DNA of 64,000 nt from Gracilinanus agilis (lineage: Eukaryota), in contig NC_058133.1 in the NCBI RefSeq assembly GCF_016433145.1, positions 250,998,629-251,062,628 of the forward strand. The letters run 5' to 3'. The notes under the pieces are model-generated. The model did no database searches, had not been told where the DNA came from, and saw nothing but the letters and a program-made list of their open reading frames with translations. The position numbers and the translations under genes are program-made. Within the stretch, counting starts at the first letter, position 1. Each line of letters starts with the position of its first letter. Below are positions 62,701-64,000 of this stretch, piece by piece.

Positions 62701-64000
62701 TTTTTTTAACCCTTACCATGTCAGACTTCCAAGATCCTTTTTATTTATTTGTTTTTAAAATTTACTTTTTTCTCTTTTAACAACAAATTTCTACATAAAT
62801 TTCCCAAAATTATATGATCCATATTGACTCCCTCCCTTCTTCCCTTCCTACTCCTAGAGCTAATAAGCAATTCAGTCTCAGTTTTACATGTATTATCATG
62901 CAAAACATTTCTATATTATTCATTTTTGTTCAAGATTCTTTTTTAGAGACAAGGTTTTGTCAGTTATACATTTTAGGATAAATTGTGAATTCTAGATAAT
63001 TTACAAATAATATGGTCAATTTGGGAATTTGTTTTTCTTCACTAAGCATTTGTTAAAAAGATTTTTTAAATGTGGTGTTAGAAAGTTGGGAGAGAATGAA
63101 GGCAAATTTTATGTAGCTGAAAAAACCTTTAATTTTTTTTTTAAATTTAAACAAAGGTGCCCACAGTGCAACATTGTTTCCCACTTCCAAAGTGCTTTTC
63201 CCAACTTCTTTTATAATAAACCAGTCTGGGAGAGAGACCAATTAGAGTAGGGATCTAATTCCCAAAAAGTTAAAGTGTTTTATCTGCATAGTAACTAACT
63301 CAGTGGTTGAGTGGGATTTTTCAAAACTCCCAACATCTGCCTCCAAATCTGGCATCCTTTCTACTCCCAACCCCACTCCATCGCTTTTTTGCCTTTTTGG
63401 CCTTAAATAGCCTTTCCTGGGTATCCCTGAAGGTTACTATACCTGACCATTACCTTTCAAGTCTTCTTCCTACCCAAGTCTATTGGCCAGGAGCAAGAGA
63501 ATCCCAGGTGTTCCTTGGGTTCCGGTTTGGTTGTACTCCTGATCCCTGAGTAGAGGATCCTCATGACAGTGCACTACAAATCTCCAGTCCAGAGCTCTCT
63601 GATTTCTTGTAACCAATCATGATGTTGTTCACCTACATTACTCAGCTCCTGACCTCCCCTCCACATCCTCACCCCATTACTGACCTGTCCTCGAGCTGGC
63701 TGCAGCCATAGGCCCAGTTCGGCCTCTGCACACTGCCCCATCAACCATGAAGGCAAAGTGCGCAGTGTCCACATACATCCTATAGTGACTCATCCTTTCT
63801 GGAGATGTTGACAGCTACAAAAAGAGTAAGGGGAAATTAGTCTGATCCCTGGGCACTCAAACCCTTTAGTGGAAGAGCTCTCCACACACCTACCTATATT
63901 GCTTCACAGTCCCAGCCCTTAGAATTTAAGTTTCCACTGTCTCCACCCAGGGGCAGACCTGGAGGATGAAAATAGGCTGGGAGGGGAATCTCCTGGGGAG

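Larger units (their letters stand above)
43791..63793 (-). pseudogene. Unprocessed 14-exon ALOX12-like pseudogene (copy B)
   Basis: Exons and lesions: 63793-63685 (26-nt deletion), 60539-60326, 59578-59497, 59334-59212, 59088-58985, 58697-58539 (-3, +1), 56154-56016 (-5), 55699-55487 (TAA inserted at 55577-79), 49487-49401, 47877-47713 (-4, -1), 45280-45159 (donor GT>AT), 44463-44375 (TAA at 44444-46; 12-nt deletion removing TVQH), 44257-44090 (in-frame acceptor lost), 43970-43791. Exon 9 differs from copy A at 12 of 87 nt by hand count; introns are alignable. Confidence 0.95.

Noticed and set aside
43791-63793. Copy B as the ortholog of human ALOX12P2/mouse Alox12e
   Set aside because: The position fits, but introns and flanks align to copy A and exon 9 is ~86% identical, which indicates a lineage-specific duplicate. 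Gene conversion is not formally excluded.

Overview
Eukaryotic, marsupial DNA. The SINE1_Mdo-type SINEs point to opossum (Monodelphis-like), and gene order matches human 17p13.1. Protein-coding genes all lie on the minus strand: BCL6B (CDS 4069-8445), C17orf49/BAP18 (15038-17913), RNASEK (18648-19901) and an intact 14-exon ALOX12-type lipoxygenase (22852-37325, 665 aa). The miR-497/miR-195 cluster is on the plus strand (14.2-14.7 kb). The main unexpected structure is a >20-kb tandem segmental duplication with three products. (i) A full-length 14-exon ALOX12-like pseudogene with many lesions (43791-63793). (ii) An orphan RNASEK promoter/exon-1 stub (~40.5-41.9 kb, core hidden in an N-gap) lying 3.6 kb upstream of the intact ALOX12 and facing it. 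(iii) A relic exon 13 + exon 14 of a third, more divergent lipoxygenase (38.06-39.23 kb) between the two. Paralogous filled and empty insertion sites for hAT MITEs, solo LTRs and L1 give a relative chronology. Exon boundaries were derived by hand (GT-AG, phase continuity). Comparisons with human and mouse proteins are from memory, not database searches.
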